A stretch of 23,707 nucleotides of DNA from Candidatus Rokuibacteriota bacterium (GTDB lineage Bacteria > Methylomirabilota > Methylomirabilia > Rokubacteriales > DASRDR01). The stretch spans positions 1 to 23,707 of the forward strand of contig JBIOTN010000234.1 in the NCBI GenBank assembly GCA_044866005.1, read 5' to 3'. The stretch's first letter is position 1. The number at the start of each line of letters is the position of its first letter. The notes below the pieces were generated by a model, which did not search any database, was not told where the DNA came from, and worked only from the letters and a program-made list of their open reading frames with translations. Shown in pieces: positions 9,364 to 18,454 of this stretch. The translations under genes and the position numbers were made by a program.

Positions 9364-10428
9364 TCAGACCGCCGTCGGGTAGGAGCCGAGGACCTTCAGG
9401 AAGAGACAGCGGTCGCGCAGCGCGGCGAGCACCGCCTGCACGGGCGCGTCCTCCTGGTGTCCCTCGACGTCCACGAAGAAGACGTACTCCCAGGGGCGCC
9501 GCCGGGTGGGGCGGGACTCGATCTTCGTCAGGTTCAGCCCGGCCTCGGCGAAGGGCTCGAGGATCCGGTACAGCGTGCCCACCTCGTCCTTGATGGAGAG
9601 GAGGAGCGAGGTCTTGTCCCGGCCCGTCGGCGCGCTCGCCTGGCGCCCGACGACGAGGAAGCGCGTCACGTTCTGCGCGACGTCCTCGATCCGCTCGCGG
9701 AGCGTGGGCAGGCCGTAGAGTTGGCCGGCCAGCTCGCTGGCGATGGCCGCCCCGGAGACCTCCTCGAGCGCCCGCTCGGCCGCCACGGTCGTGGAGGCGA
9801 CCTCCACCGTCTGGGCGTGCGGCAGCTGCCGGTCGAGCCATTCGCGACACTGGGCGAGCGCCTGCGGGTGCGAGAAGACCTGCTTCACCTCCCCCAGGTC
9901 GCGGGCGCGGGAGAGGAGGTAGTGGTGGATCTCGAGCTGGATCTCGCCCGAGATGAGGAGCTCCGAGTCGATGAGGCGGTCGAGCGTGTGGTTGACGACT
10001 CCCTCGGTCGAGTTCTCCACGGGGACGACGCCGACGTCCGCCCGGCCGTGCTCGACCTCCGCGAAGACGTCGTGGATGCCTCGCGCCGGGAGGTACTCGG
10101 CGCTTCCGCCGAACCGCTGCAGCGCGGCGAGGTGGGTGAAGGTGGCGAGGGGGCCGAGGTGGGCGACGCGGAAGGGACGCTGGAGGGCCCGGGAGGCCGA
10201 GAAGATCTCGCGCCAGATGGCGCGGATGGCCGGGGCCGGGAGCGGCCCGGGGTTCAGCCGGAGGAGTCCCTCCAGGATCGCCTGCTCGCGCCCCGGCACG
10301 TGGATCGACGCCCCGGCCTCCTGCTTGACCCGGCCGACCTCCAGGGCGATCGCGGCCCGTTGATTGAGGAGCTCGAGGAGTTGACGATCAATGCGGTCGA
10401 TCCTCACTCGCCATTCATCCAGACCCAT
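9364..10428 (-). CDS. pheA: Bifunctional chorismate mutase / prephenate dehydratase (P-protein)
   Basis: AroQ domain (RVRIDRIDRQLLELLNQR), PVENSTEG, SHPQALAQC, NVTRF, ACT domain NLTKIESRP...LGSY. ATG 10428 with upstream GGAGAG. Confidence 0.96.
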   Translation of the reverse strand: MGLDEWRVRIDRIDRQLLELLNQRAAIALEVGRVKQEAGASIHVPGREQAILEGLLRLNPGPLPAPAIRAIWREIFSASRALQRPFRVAHLGPLATFTHLAALQRFGGSAEYLPARGIHDVFAEVEHGRADVGVVPVENSTEGVVNHTLDRLIDSELLISGEIQLEIHHYLLSRARDLGEVKQVFSHPQALAQCREWLDRQLPHAQTVEVASTTVAAERALEEVSGAAIASELAGQLYGLPTLRERIEDVAQNVTRFLVVGRQASAPTGRDKTSLLLSIKDEVGTLYRILEPFAEAGLNLTKIESRPTRRRPWEYVFFVDVEGHQEDAPVQAVLAALRDRCLFLKVLGSYPTAV

Positions 10429-10463
10429 ACACTCTCCAAAGGGACGGGCGCACAAGCCCATTT

Positions 10464-10492
10464 AGTATAGTGAACCGCCCCGGCGGGCGCAA
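10464..10492 (-). promoter_or_regulatory. Putative sigma70 promoter of the pheA-hisC-tyrA-aroA-cmk operon
   Basis: Minus strand reads TTGCGC-N17-TATACT, 35 nt upstream of the pheA ATG, in an AT-rich patch. Confidence 0.7.
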
Positions 10493-10540
10493 GGAGCCCG
10501 GGGTGGAGGGCGCGATGCCGCACGCCGCACCGCGCGTCGT

Positions 10541-11287
10541 TCAACCGCGCGCCCCGGCGGGCGGCCGACCCGCGGCGGCGAGCCCGGTCAGCTCGCGCGG
10601 CGTCAGCTCGCGCCACGCTCCGGGCGCCAGCCGTCCGAGCCGCACCGGCCCGTAACCGACCCGCACCAGCCGCTCCACGGACAGCCCGACCGCCCGGCAC
10701 AGGCGCTTGACCTCGCGGTACCGGCCCTCGCGCAGGGTGAGGGCGATCCAGGCTCGCCCCGGCCCCGCCGAGCGGAGCCAGCGGGCCTCGTCCGCGCGCG
10801 CGGGGCCGTCCTCGAGGAGCACGCCGCGGCGGAGCGCCGCGAGCGTCGCCGGATCGCCGCGGCCCTCGACGCAGACGTGGTAGACGCGCGGGACCCCATG
10901 CCGGGGGTGGGTCAGGCGGTAGGTCAGCTCCCCGTCGTTGGTGAGCAGGAGCAGGCCTTCGGCGTCGAAATCCAGCCGGCCGACGGCGTGAAGGCGCTCC
11001 CCCACGTCGGGAAGGAGGTCGAAGACGCGGGGCCGCCCGCGCGGGTCCTCGCGGGTGGTCAGGTACCCCCGGGGCTTGTGGAGGGCGAGGTACCGCTTGG
11101 GCTCGCGCCGTGGGAGCGCGCGCCCGTCCACGCGGATGCGGTCACGCTCGGGATCGGCCTGGACGCCGAGCTCCGTGACCACGCGACCGTTGAGCGTGAC
11201 GCGCCCGGCCTGGATGAGCCGCTCGGCGCCCCGCCGCGAGGCGACTCCCGCCTCGGCGAGGAGCTTCTGGAGACGAACGGGCGGCAC
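10541..11287 (-). CDS. rluB: rRNA pseudouridine synthase, RsuA/RluB family
   Basis: S4 domain RLQKLLAEAGVASRR, HKPRG, VGRLDFDAEGLLLLTNDG, EGRYREVKR; follows scpAB. Confidence 0.9.
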   Translation of the reverse strand: MPPVRLQKLLAEAGVASRRGAERLIQAGRVTLNGRVVTELGVQADPERDRIRVDGRALPRREPKRYLALHKPRGYLTTREDPRGRPRVFDLLPDVGERLHAVGRLDFDAEGLLLLTNDGELTYRLTHPRHGVPRVYHVCVEGRGDPATLAALRRGVLLEDGPARADEARWLRSAGPGRAWIALTLREGRYREVKRLCRAVGLSVERLVRVGYGPVRLGRLAPGAWRELTPRELTGLAAAGRPPAGARG

Positions 11288-11293
11288 CGCGCG

Positions 11294-11944
11294 TCAGGGA
11301 CGCGGCCCGGCGGCTCCCTCCGGCTCCTCCGCCTCGGCGCCCCGCGACTCCTCCTCGACGCCGGCGGCCCAGCTCGCCTCGGCCACCGCTAGCGCCAGGC
11401 TCGGGTCCTGGCCCGGGGCCTCCTCGCCGGCGCCCGGCGGCGCCTCGAAGGGCGGCAGCTCCTCGAGGCCGCGCAGGCCGAAGTGCTCGAGGAACTCGCG
11501 CGTCGTGCCGTAGAGGATCGGTCGGCCGGGACCGGCCTTCCGGCCGACCACGCGGACCAGCCGCCGCTCGAGCAGGTGCGCCAGGACGCCCTCGCTGTCC
11601 ACGCCGCGGAGCTGCTCGACCTCGGGGCGCGAGATCGGCTGGCGGTAGGCGATGATCGCCAGGGTTTCGACCGCGGCGCGCGAGAGCCGGCTCTTGAGCC
11701 GGAGGCGCTGGAAGCGGAGCAGGGTGGGCGCCAGCTCCGGCCGCGTGACCAGCCGGAAGCCGCCGGCCACCTCGACCAGCGCGAGCCCGCGGTCGGGCGC
11801 CTCGCACCGCTCGCGGACCGCCTCGACCACGGCGCGCGCCTCGGCCGGGCTCACCTCCAGCACCTCGGCGATGCGGGGGAGTTCGAGCGGGACGTCGGCG
11901 GCGAAGAGGAGCGCCTCGGCAGCGGCCACGATATCAGGGGTCAT
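11294..11944 (-). CDS. scpB: SMC-Scp complex subunit ScpB
   Basis: EALLFAA, VEVAGGFRLVT, LSRAAVETLAIIAYRQPISR, RGV, GRPILYGTTREFLEHFGL. ATG 11944 (or GTG 11947) after AGGAGG. Confidence 0.95.
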   Translation of the reverse strand: MTPDIVAAAEALLFAADVPLELPRIAEVLEVSPAEARAVVEAVRERCEAPDRGLALVEVAGGFRLVTRPELAPTLLRFQRLRLKSRLSRAAVETLAIIAYRQPISRPEVEQLRGVDSEGVLAHLLERRLVRVVGRKAGPGRPILYGTTREFLEHFGLRGLEELPPFEAPPGAGEEAPGQDPSLALAVAEASWAAGVEEESRGAEAEEPEGAAGPRP

Positions 11945-12797
11945 CACTCCTCCTCTCGGCGTGAGCCGCGGGCCCGGGGTCCGAATCAGCGCCACGCGAG
12001 GGACGGTCGGCTCCGGTGGGGGCGGCTTCGGCGAGGACCGTGGCGGCCCCCGCCGCCGGCGGCTCGGCCGCGCGCTCGATGACGATCTCGCCGAAGAGCT
12101 CCCGTTGCTGCGCGCGCACACGCTGGACCCGGACGAGCTCCAGGAGGGCCAGGAGCGTCACGATCACCTCGGGCCGAGGCGGCGTGGCGCCGAGGAGCGC
12201 GGAGAACATGACGTACCAGGAGTGGTCGAGCACGCCGAGGATCTCGGCCATGCGCGCGAGGAGCGAGGGGGGCTCCGGCTCCACCTCGCGCGTGGGCTCG
12301 GCGCGGGCCCGCCGCACCAGGAAGGCGCGGTAGGCCTCGCCGAGGTCCCACAGGCTCAGGCTCTCGACCGGCAGGTAGTCGGGGATGGGCAGCTCGCTCC
12401 ACGTCCGGGTGAGGTGCCTGGCCCAGGCCGCCTCCTGCGCGCGGAGCCACTCCCCTATCTCCTTGACCCGCGCATAGGCGCGCAGCCGCGCCTCGAGCTC
12501 GAGCCGCAGCGCCTCGCCTTCCTCGTCCAGCGCCTCCTCGTCGACCTCGGGCTTCGGCAAGAGCAGCTTCGACTTCAGATAGATCAGCGTCGCCGCCAGG
12601 ACGAGGAAGGCCCCGGCATCCTCGAGCTCGCGGAACTCGACCGCCTCCAGGTACGCCAGATACTGGTCGGTGATCCGCCGGATCGGCAGCCGCGCCAGAT
12701 CGATCTCGTTCGAGCGCGCCAGGTGGAGGAGGAGGTCGAGCGGGCCTTCGAAGCCGTCGAGCCGCACCGTCAGCGGGCTCGGCGTCTCCGGGGCCAT
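11934..12797 (-). CDS. scpA: Segregation and condensation protein ScpA (kleisin)
   Basis: FEGPLDLLLHL, ITDQYL, FLVLAATLIYLKSKLLLP, LALLEL, Q..LFGEI. Start is ATG 12797 or 12818. Confidence 0.94.
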   Translation of the reverse strand: MAPETPSPLTVRLDGFEGPLDLLLHLARSNEIDLARLPIRRITDQYLAYLEAVEFRELEDAGAFLVLAATLIYLKSKLLLPKPEVDEEALDEEGEALRLELEARLRAYARVKEIGEWLRAQEAAWARHLTRTWSELPIPDYLPVESLSLWDLGEAYRAFLVRRARAEPTREVEPEPPSLLARMAEILGVLDHSWYVMFSALLGATPPRPEVIVTLLALLELVRVQRVRAQQRELFGEIVIERAAEPPAAGAATVLAEAAPTGADRPSRGADSDPGPAAHAERRSDDP

Positions 12798-12844
12798 GAC
12801 ATCGGATCCGTCTACCATGTCCCCCCCGGACCGGCCCGAGGACC

Positions 12845-13131
12845 ACGCCGGCATCCGACCGTGATGGGCCCGGTGTGCCCGGTCATCCGGCGACCCCGAT
12901 GGCGGCGTTGGCCGGGCCGAGGACCGGGCAGCCCCAGGACGGGAGAGGAGAAGGCGGCCCGAGGCGTGTGCCGGCCCCCCCACCCAGCCCCATGAGGAGG
13001 GCCGCCGACGGCCCCAGGGGCCGGGACGGCCGCGAGGCGGGAGGCCGCGCGCGTCCAGGCCGTGATGCAGGACGCCGGGATGCGACGGTCATCGGCCCGG
13101 TCATCCGAGGATCCCGATGGCGGCCTTGGCC
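12845..13131. repeat. Imperfect direct repeat duplicating the trpS 3' end and flank
   Basis: 12845-12913 aligns to 13072-13131 at 51/60 identity with one 9-nt insertion (hand alignment). Confidence 0.75.
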
Positions 13132-14087
13132 TCCGCCAGCGTCTGCCGCGCCGTCTGGCGCGCGCGCGCCGAGCCCTCCTGCAGGACCTCCCGGATCTGC
13201 GCCGGCTTCGCCGCGAACTCGGTCCGCCGCTCCCGGATCGCGTCGAGCCGCGGCATGAGGTGCTTGAGGAGGATGCCCTTGCAGTCCAGACAGCCGATGC
13301 CCGCCGTGCGGCAACCCGTCGCGGCATATTCGCGGTCGGGATCGGGCGTGAAGATCTTGTGGAGATCGAAGACGGGACAGACCTCGGGGTTGCCCGGATC
13401 GCTCCGACGCTTCCGGGCGGGGTCCGTCATCATGGTCTTGACCCTGGGGACCGTGACCTCGGGCGGGTCGGCCAGGTAGATCGCGTTGTCGTAGGACTTG
13501 GACATCTTCCGGCCGTCGGTGCCCGGGACCTTCGGGATCACGGTGAGCTTCGCCTCCGGCTCGGGAAAGACGGGGCCGAAGAGGTGGTTGAAGCGCCGCG
13601 CCACCTCACGCGTCAGCTCGACGTGCGGCACCTGGTCCACGCCCACGGGGACCCACCGCGGCTTGTACATCAGGATGTCCGCGGACTGCAGCAGCGGGTA
13701 GCCCAGGAGCCCGTAGGAGGGCGATTCGAGCCCCAGCTGCTCCACCATCTCCTTGTAGGTCGGGACCCGCTCGAGCCAGGCCACCGGCGTCAGCATGGAG
13801 AAGAGCAGGTGGAGCTCGGCGTGCTCGGGGACGAGGGACTGGACGAAGAGCGTGCTGCGGTCCGGATCGAGGCCCGCGCCGAGCCAGTCGGCCGCCATCT
13901 CCAGCGTGTTCGCCGCGATCTCGCCCTTCGCCGGGATGTCCGTGGTGTAGGCGTGCCAGTCGGCGACGAAGTAGAAGCAGTCGTAGTCGTCCTGGAGCCG
14001 CACCCAGTTGTCGAGCGCCCCGAGGAGGTTCCCGAGGTGGAGTCGCCCGGTCGGCCGCATGCCGGAGAGGACCCGCTCGCGGCTCAC
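13101..14087 (-). CDS. trpS: Tryptophanyl-tRNA synthetase
   Basis: SGMRPTGRLHLGN (HIGH-type), ADWHAYT, YPLLQSADIL, VPVGVDQVPHVEL, KMSKS. GTG overlaps the kdsB stop. Confidence 0.97.
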   Translation of the reverse strand: MSRERVLSGMRPTGRLHLGNLLGALDNWVRLQDDYDCFYFVADWHAYTTDIPAKGEIAANTLEMAADWLGAGLDPDRSTLFVQSLVPEHAELHLLFSMLTPVAWLERVPTYKEMVEQLGLESPSYGLLGYPLLQSADILMYKPRWVPVGVDQVPHVELTREVARRFNHLFGPVFPEPEAKLTVIPKVPGTDGRKMSKSYDNAIYLADPPEVTVPRVKTMMTDPARKRRSDPGNPEVCPVFDLHKIFTPDPDREYAATGCRTAGIGCLDCKGILLKHLMPRLDAIRERRTEFAAKPAQIREVLQEGSARARQTARQTLAEAKAAIGILG

Positions 14088-14848
14088 GGCGCGGCCCGCC
14101 CGCCGGTATCCGCGCCGCCGTCGGCGGCGCCGAGGGCCGCCGCCAGCCGGACGAGGTCGGCCGGGGTGTCGACGCCGAGCGAGGCGTGTGGCGTGACCAG
14201 CACGCGGATGCGGACGCCGTGCTCGAGGGCGCGGAGCTGCTCGAGCGTCTCGGCCTGCTCGAGCGGGGTCGGCGCGAGCGCGGCGAAGCGCTGGAGGAAC
14301 GGCGCCTGGAAGACGTAGATGCCGATGTGCCGGAGCGGCGCCGCGAAGCCGGGCCGCCGCCGGTACGGGATGGGCGCCCGCGAGAAGTAGAGAGCGTAGC
14401 CCGCCTGGTCCACGACGACCTTCACCGCGTTCCAGTCGGCGTGCTCCGCCTCGTCGCGCACGGGATGCGCGAGCGTCCCCATCAGGACCGTCGGGTCGTC
14501 GGCCATGAGCCGGCAGAGCTCGTCGAGCGCCTTCACGTCGAAGGTCGGCTCATCCCCCTGGAGGTTCACCACGACGTCCGCCGCGTCTCCACGCACGGCC
14601 TCCGCCACGCGGTCGGTGCCGCTCGGATGGGCGGGGCTCGTCAGGACCACGTCCCCGCCGAAGGCGCGGACCGCGCGAACGATCCGCTCGTCGTCCGTCG
14701 CGACCAGGACGCGGTCGACCGCGCTGAGCTGGCGCGCTCGCTCCCAGACGTGCCGGACGAGCGGCTTGCCCGCCACCTCGGCCAGCGCCTTGCCGGGGAA
14801 GCGAACCGACGCGTAGCGCGCCGGGATCACGGCCACGGCGCGCCTCAT
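14084..14848 (-). CDS. kdsB: 3-deoxy-manno-octulosonate cytidylyltransferase (CMP-Kdo synthetase)
   Basis: IPARYASVRFPGK, VATDD, SGTDR, VNLQGDEP, ALYFSRAPIP, HIGIY, LEQLRALE, GVDT. ATG 14848 overlaps the GT2 stop. Confidence 0.96.
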   Translation of the reverse strand: MRRAVAVIPARYASVRFPGKALAEVAGKPLVRHVWERARQLSAVDRVLVATDDERIVRAVRAFGGDVVLTSPAHPSGTDRVAEAVRGDAADVVVNLQGDEPTFDVKALDELCRLMADDPTVLMGTLAHPVRDEAEHADWNAVKVVVDQAGYALYFSRAPIPYRRRPGFAAPLRHIGIYVFQAPFLQRFAALAPTPLEQAETLEQLRALEHGVRIRVLVTPHASLGVDTPADLVRLAAALGAADGGADTGGRAAP

Positions 14849-15642
14849 CGCCCCGCCTCCCCCGGATCCGGCGACCGCCCACGCCCGGATCCCCCGGGTC
14901 CGCCCCGGAGCTCCCGGACCTTCGCCGCGCGGAGGAAGACGTAGTGGGCGTAGAGGACCGCGAGCGTGAGCCCTCGCCCGCCGTCGAGGAACCCCGCGCG
15001 CAGCAGGTACATCGACCCGAACCGTCCGATGGGCCGGAGCAGCAGGTCGAGGAGGCTTCCCCCTCGCCCTTCGGCGGCCAGCTCGCGCGCCGCCAGCTCC
15101 GAGTAGCGATTGGCCCGGGCGACGAAGTCCTCGATCCCGCGGTATCCCTGGTGGAGGAGCGGCGCCCGGAGGCGACCGACCGCCCCGTCGACGCGGACCG
15201 ACTCGTGCACCGCCCGCTCGGTGAAGGCACCCCGGCCGCGCCGGAAGAGGCGGAGCTGGTAGTCCGGATACCAGCCGCCGTGGCGGACCCAGGCACCCTG
15301 GAAGAAGTTCCGGCGCGGGACCTGGAAGCCCGCCACCGGCGGCGCGGCCGCCAGGGTCGCCGCGATCTCGTCGCGCAGCTCGCCGGATACCTGCTCGTCG
15401 GCGTCCAGCGAGAGGATCCACTCCCCGCGGCACTGCGCGAGCGCGAAGTTCTTCTGCGCCCCGTACCCGGTCCACGGCATGATGAGCACGCGATCGGTGA
15501 ACTCGCGGGCGATCGCGACCGTCTTGTCGCTCGATCCCGAGTCCACGACCACGGTCTCGTCGGCCCAGGCGACGCTCTCCAGACAGCCCCGGATGCGCTC
15601 CTCCTCGTTCAGGGCGATGACGGCGACCGACAGGCTAGCCAC
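14845..15642 (-). CDS. GT2 glycosyltransferase, LPS core beta-1,4-glucosyltransferase (KdtX/WaaE)-like
   Basis: LSVAVIALNEE, VVDSGSSDKT, GYGAQKNFA, WILSLDADE, WYPDYQLRLF, VHE, GFLDG. Confidence 0.88.
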   Translation of the reverse strand: MASLSVAVIALNEEERIRGCLESVAWADETVVVDSGSSDKTVAIAREFTDRVLIMPWTGYGAQKNFALAQCRGEWILSLDADEQVSGELRDEIAATLAAAPPVAGFQVPRRNFFQGAWVRHGGWYPDYQLRLFRRGRGAFTERAVHESVRVDGAVGRLRAPLLHQGYRGIEDFVARANRYSELAARELAAEGRGGSLLDLLLRPIGRFGSMYLLRAGFLDGGRGLTLAVLYAHYVFLRAAKVRELRGGPGGSGRGRSPDPGEAGR

Positions 15643-15708
15643 CGGTCGACCTCTCGGCGTCCCCGGCAGGCTCCCCTGCCACGCCGGGCACGTCCGTGGC
15701 GAGGCGCG

Positions 15709-16803
15709 TCATCGGAGGAGCGCCTCCGCCGCCGCCAGCACGCTCTCGACGCTGATCCCGTCCATGCGTCCGGTCGCGCTCGCGATCGCGCCGGTCCGCG
15801 CGCCGTACGGCCCGTTCCGCTCCGCGGGGGTGGGACCGTACAGGCCGAGCGTCGGCACGCCGAGGACGGCGGCGACGTGGATCGGGCCGGTGTCGCCGCC
15901 GACGACGAGCGTCGCGCGCCGGAGGAGCGCGACCATTTCGGGGATCGACGTCGGCGGCGGGATCAGGGGGGTCGTGCGCATCCCGTGGGCGATCCTCCGG
16001 ACCAGCGGCTCCTCCCCCGGGCCCCAGCAGAAGAGCGCGCGCGCGCTCAAGCGGAGCGCCAGCTCGTCCGCCAGCCGCCGGTACGCGTCGATCGCCCAGC
16101 GCTTGTGATCGCCGCCGGAACCGGGGTTGAAGGCCACGACCGGCGCGCCCGGCTTGACGCCTTCCTCCTCGAAGAACCGGGCGATCGTGGCCTCGGCCGC
16201 GGGGTCGGCCGTCAGGGGGAAGCCCGGCGCCCCGATGTCCCCGCGCCGGATGCCCACGGCCCCGAGGAGCGCCAGGTTCGCCTCGACCACGTGGAGGGGC
16301 CCGGGGGGCAGGCTCACCCGCCGGTTCGTGAAGAGGAAGTTCGCCGCCTCGCGACAGTGACGGAGCGGGAAGCCGATCCGCACCGGGGCCCGCGTGAGCG
16401 CCGTGATCACGCCACTCTTCCAGAGACCCTGGAGGTCCAGGGCGACGTCGAAGCGGCCGCTGCCCAGCCGGCGGGCGAGGCCGCGCAGCTTGCGGAAGAC
16501 CGCCGTGGCACCGCCCGGCCGGCGGAACTCTCGCCGCCACAGGCGGGTGTCCACGGGCACGATGTGGTCCAGATCGGGGTTGCCGAGCAGGATGGCCTCC
16601 TCGCGGCACTCCACGATCCACGTCAGCTCGGCGGCGGCGAACCGGGCCCGCAGCGCGTGGGCCACTGGCAGCGCGTGGACGACGTCGCCCAGCGAGGAGA
16701 GCTTGATCAGCGCGATCCGCGGCGCGCGGGCTCCGGGTGGCGCCCCCGAAGCCGCCGGCCCTGGTGCCTGCGCCGGGCTCCGGGTCCCGCCTGCCTGCAT
16801 CAC
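15709..16803 (-). CDS. waaC: LPS heptosyltransferase I (GT9)
   Basis: [47 protein letters not shown]...RNGP. Confidence 0.88.
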   Translation of the reverse strand: MMQAGGTRSPAQAPGPAASGAPPGARAPRIALIKLSSLGDVVHALPVAHALRARFAAAELTWIVECREEAILLGNPDLDHIVPVDTRLWRREFRRPGGATAVFRKLRGLARRLGSGRFDVALDLQGLWKSGVITALTRAPVRIGFPLRHCREAANFLFTNRRVSLPPGPLHVVEANLALLGAVGIRRGDIGAPGFPLTADPAAEATIARFFEEEGVKPGAPVVAFNPGSGGDHKRWAIDAYRRLADELALRLSARALFCWGPGEEPLVRRIAHGMRTTPLIPPPTSIPEMVALLRRATLVVGGDTGPIHVAAVLGVPTLGLYGPTPAERNGPYGARTGAIASATGRMDGISVESVLAAAEALLR

Positions 16804-17300
16804 CGGCGAGCGGCCCCGCTCCCGGCGAAGCGGTCGACGATGATGGCGATCAGGTCCCGCGTCGAGTGACGCTTCGGATCGCCGGCGATCGCGACCTCGC
16901 CACCGCTGGCCCGGACGGTCGCCACCTCGGGGACGGAGTCGCGCGTGTAATCGGTCCCCTTCGCGTGGACGGCGGGCCGGAGGAGCGCGACGAGGCGGTC
17001 CGCCGTGTCGTCGTCGAAGACCACGACGTGGTCGACGACGGCCAGGGCGGCCACGAGCTCCGCCCGCTCGGCCGCCGGCACGACCGGGCGGCCCGGGCCC
17101 TTCAACCGTCGCACGGCCGCGTCGGAATTCAGACCGACGATCAGCACGTCGCCGAGCGCCCGGGCGCCGGCGAGGTAGCGCACGTGGCCCACGTGGAGGA
17201 GGTCGAAGCAGCCGTTGGCGAGCACCACGCGCCGTCCGCTCGCCCGCGCCGCCTCGGCCACGGCGCGTGCCGCGTCAAGGTCGAGGACCTTCCCCGTCAT
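16800..17300 (-). CDS. hldC: Heptose-1-phosphate adenylyltransferase (HldE domain II / RfaE2, stand-alone)
   Basis: [46 protein letters not shown]. Start is ATG 17300 (or 17351, with a longer overlap). Confidence 0.88.
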   Translation of the reverse strand: MTGKVLDLDAARAVAEAARASGRRVVLANGCFDLLHVGHVRYLAGARALGDVLIVGLNSDAAVRRLKGPGRPVVPAAERAELVAALAVVDHVVVFDDDTADRLVALLRPAVHAKGTDYTRDSVPEVATVRASGGEVAIAGDPKRHSTRDLIAIIVDRFAGSGAARR

Positions 17301-18345
17301 CCCGACCGTCGCCGAAGGCGTCGTGGCGGACGGCGTCGCGGAGCTCGCCATGGGTGATCGGCGCGGTGCCCCGCTTCATGACGACGACGCCGCCCGCGTA
17401 GTTGGCCAGCCGGGCGGCGTCCATCGGCCCGGCACCCGCGGCGAGCGCCAGGGTGAACGTGCTGATCACCGTATCCCCGGCGCCCGTCACGTCGGCGATC
17501 TCGTCGCTGCCGTGGATCGGGACGAACGTCGCGTCGCCGCCCTCCTCGAACAGCGCGAGGCCCTTGGAGCCGCGCGTCACCAGCAGCAGGCGGGTCTTCA
17601 ATCGCTCGAGCAGCCGCCAGCCCGCCTGCTCCACGGCCTTCTCGCCGTCGAGCGAGACGCCCAGGAGCTGCTCGACCTCGGGTTCGCTCGGGGTCGCCGC
17701 GGTGACGTGCTGGAACCGGAGGAGGTCGTAGCGCGAGTCCGCCGTGACGACGGCGCCGGCCACGCGAAGCGCGCGCGCACGATCGAGCAGCCGACTCGTG
17801 ATCGTCTCGTACCCGTAGTCGGACAGGACGACGGCGTCGACGCCGGCGCCCCACGCTGCGAGCCGATCGAGCAGCATGGCCTCGGCCGCCGGCGGCAGTG
17901 GGCCCTCGGGCTCACGGTCCACCCGCACGAGCTGCTGCCGCGTCGCGACGTAACCGCCGGCCATGATGCGCGTCTTCACCGGCGTCACACGCTCCGGCAT
18001 CGTCACCAGCCCCTCGGTCGGCATCCCGGACTCCGCGAAGAGCTCGCGCAAGGCGGCGCCCGCCCAGTCGTCGCCGAGGACGCCGAGCGGCAGGACGCGC
18101 GCCCCGAGCGCGCGGAGGTTGTGACACGCGTTGGCCGCGCCGCCCATGCAGACTTCGCGGGAGAGGTAACGGAGGATGAGGACCGGCGCCTCACGGGAGA
18201 TCCGCCGGGGCTTGCCGTGCACGTACTCGTCGGCGACCAGGTCGCCCAGCACGAGTACGGTCTTGCCCCGAAACCCGTCGACGAGACCGAGGAGCCGCGC
18301 GCCGTCCGCCCCTGGAGCCCGGCCCGACCCCGCCCTGGCAGCCAT
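17275..18345 (-). CDS. hldA: Heptose-7-phosphate kinase (HldE domain I / RfaE1, PfkB family, stand-alone)
   Basis: [68 protein letters not shown] 18345 chosen because the ATG at 18354 lies inside the TATAAT box. Confidence 0.9.
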   Translation of the reverse strand: MAARAGSGRAPGADGARLLGLVDGFRGKTVLVLGDLVADEYVHGKPRRISREAPVLILRYLSREVCMGGAANACHNLRALGARVLPLGVLGDDWAGAALRELFAESGMPTEGLVTMPERVTPVKTRIMAGGYVATRQQLVRVDREPEGPLPPAAEAMLLDRLAAWGAGVDAVVLSDYGYETITSRLLDRARALRVAGAVVTADSRYDLLRFQHVTAATPSEPEVEQLLGVSLDGEKAVEQAGWRLLERLKTRLLLVTRGSKGLALFEEGGDATFVPIHGSDEIADVTGAGDTVISTFTLALAAGAGPMDAARLANYAGGVVVMKRGTAPITHGELRDAVRHDAFGDGRDDGEGPRP

Positions 18346-18352
18346 CGGGCTC

Positions 18353-18387
18353 ATTATACGGATCGGGCGAAACCAGGAAAGCGCTTT
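18353..18387 (-). promoter_or_regulatory. Putative promoter of hldA-hldC-waaC-GT2-kdsB-trpS (leaderless type) with palindromic site
   Basis: Perfect TATAAT (18353-18358) with 7 nt before ATG 18345 and no Shine-Dalgarno. The palindrome AAAGCGCTTT (18378-18387) lies over the -35 position. Confidence 0.65.
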
Positions 18388-18454
18388 TTGAACCGCCCGC
18401 CCGTTCCCGAAGCCCTGCCGTGGCGGATGCGCGTGGGGACGCGACGCCTTCCGA

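Noticed and set aside
5371..9850. Track ORFs suggesting large fusions (569-aa 'Cmk', 819-aa 'TyrA'; likewise 463-aa KdsB, 840-aa GT4, 702-aa WaaF)
   Set aside because: The N-terminal parts are off-frame readings of the upstream gene. Real starts overlap the upstream stops (ATGA/GTGA), so there is no fusion or frameshift.
12883..13104. 73-codon minus-strand ORF coupled to the trpS stop
   Set aside because: Low-complexity P/G/R/A sequence whose start and stop are both explained by the trpS 3' duplication; no independent coding evidence.
15643..15711. waaC TGA is in frame with the GT2 gene through a stop-free 22-codon spacer (possible read-through fusion)
   Set aside because: Expected by chance in GC-rich DNA. 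GT2 has its own GAGAGG Shine-Dalgarno and both proteins are complete.
17301..17351. [11 protein letters not shown] micro-repeat at the extended HldC N-terminus
   Set aside because: It lies inside the hldA 3' overlap. The shorter ATG 17300 start gives a normal protein.
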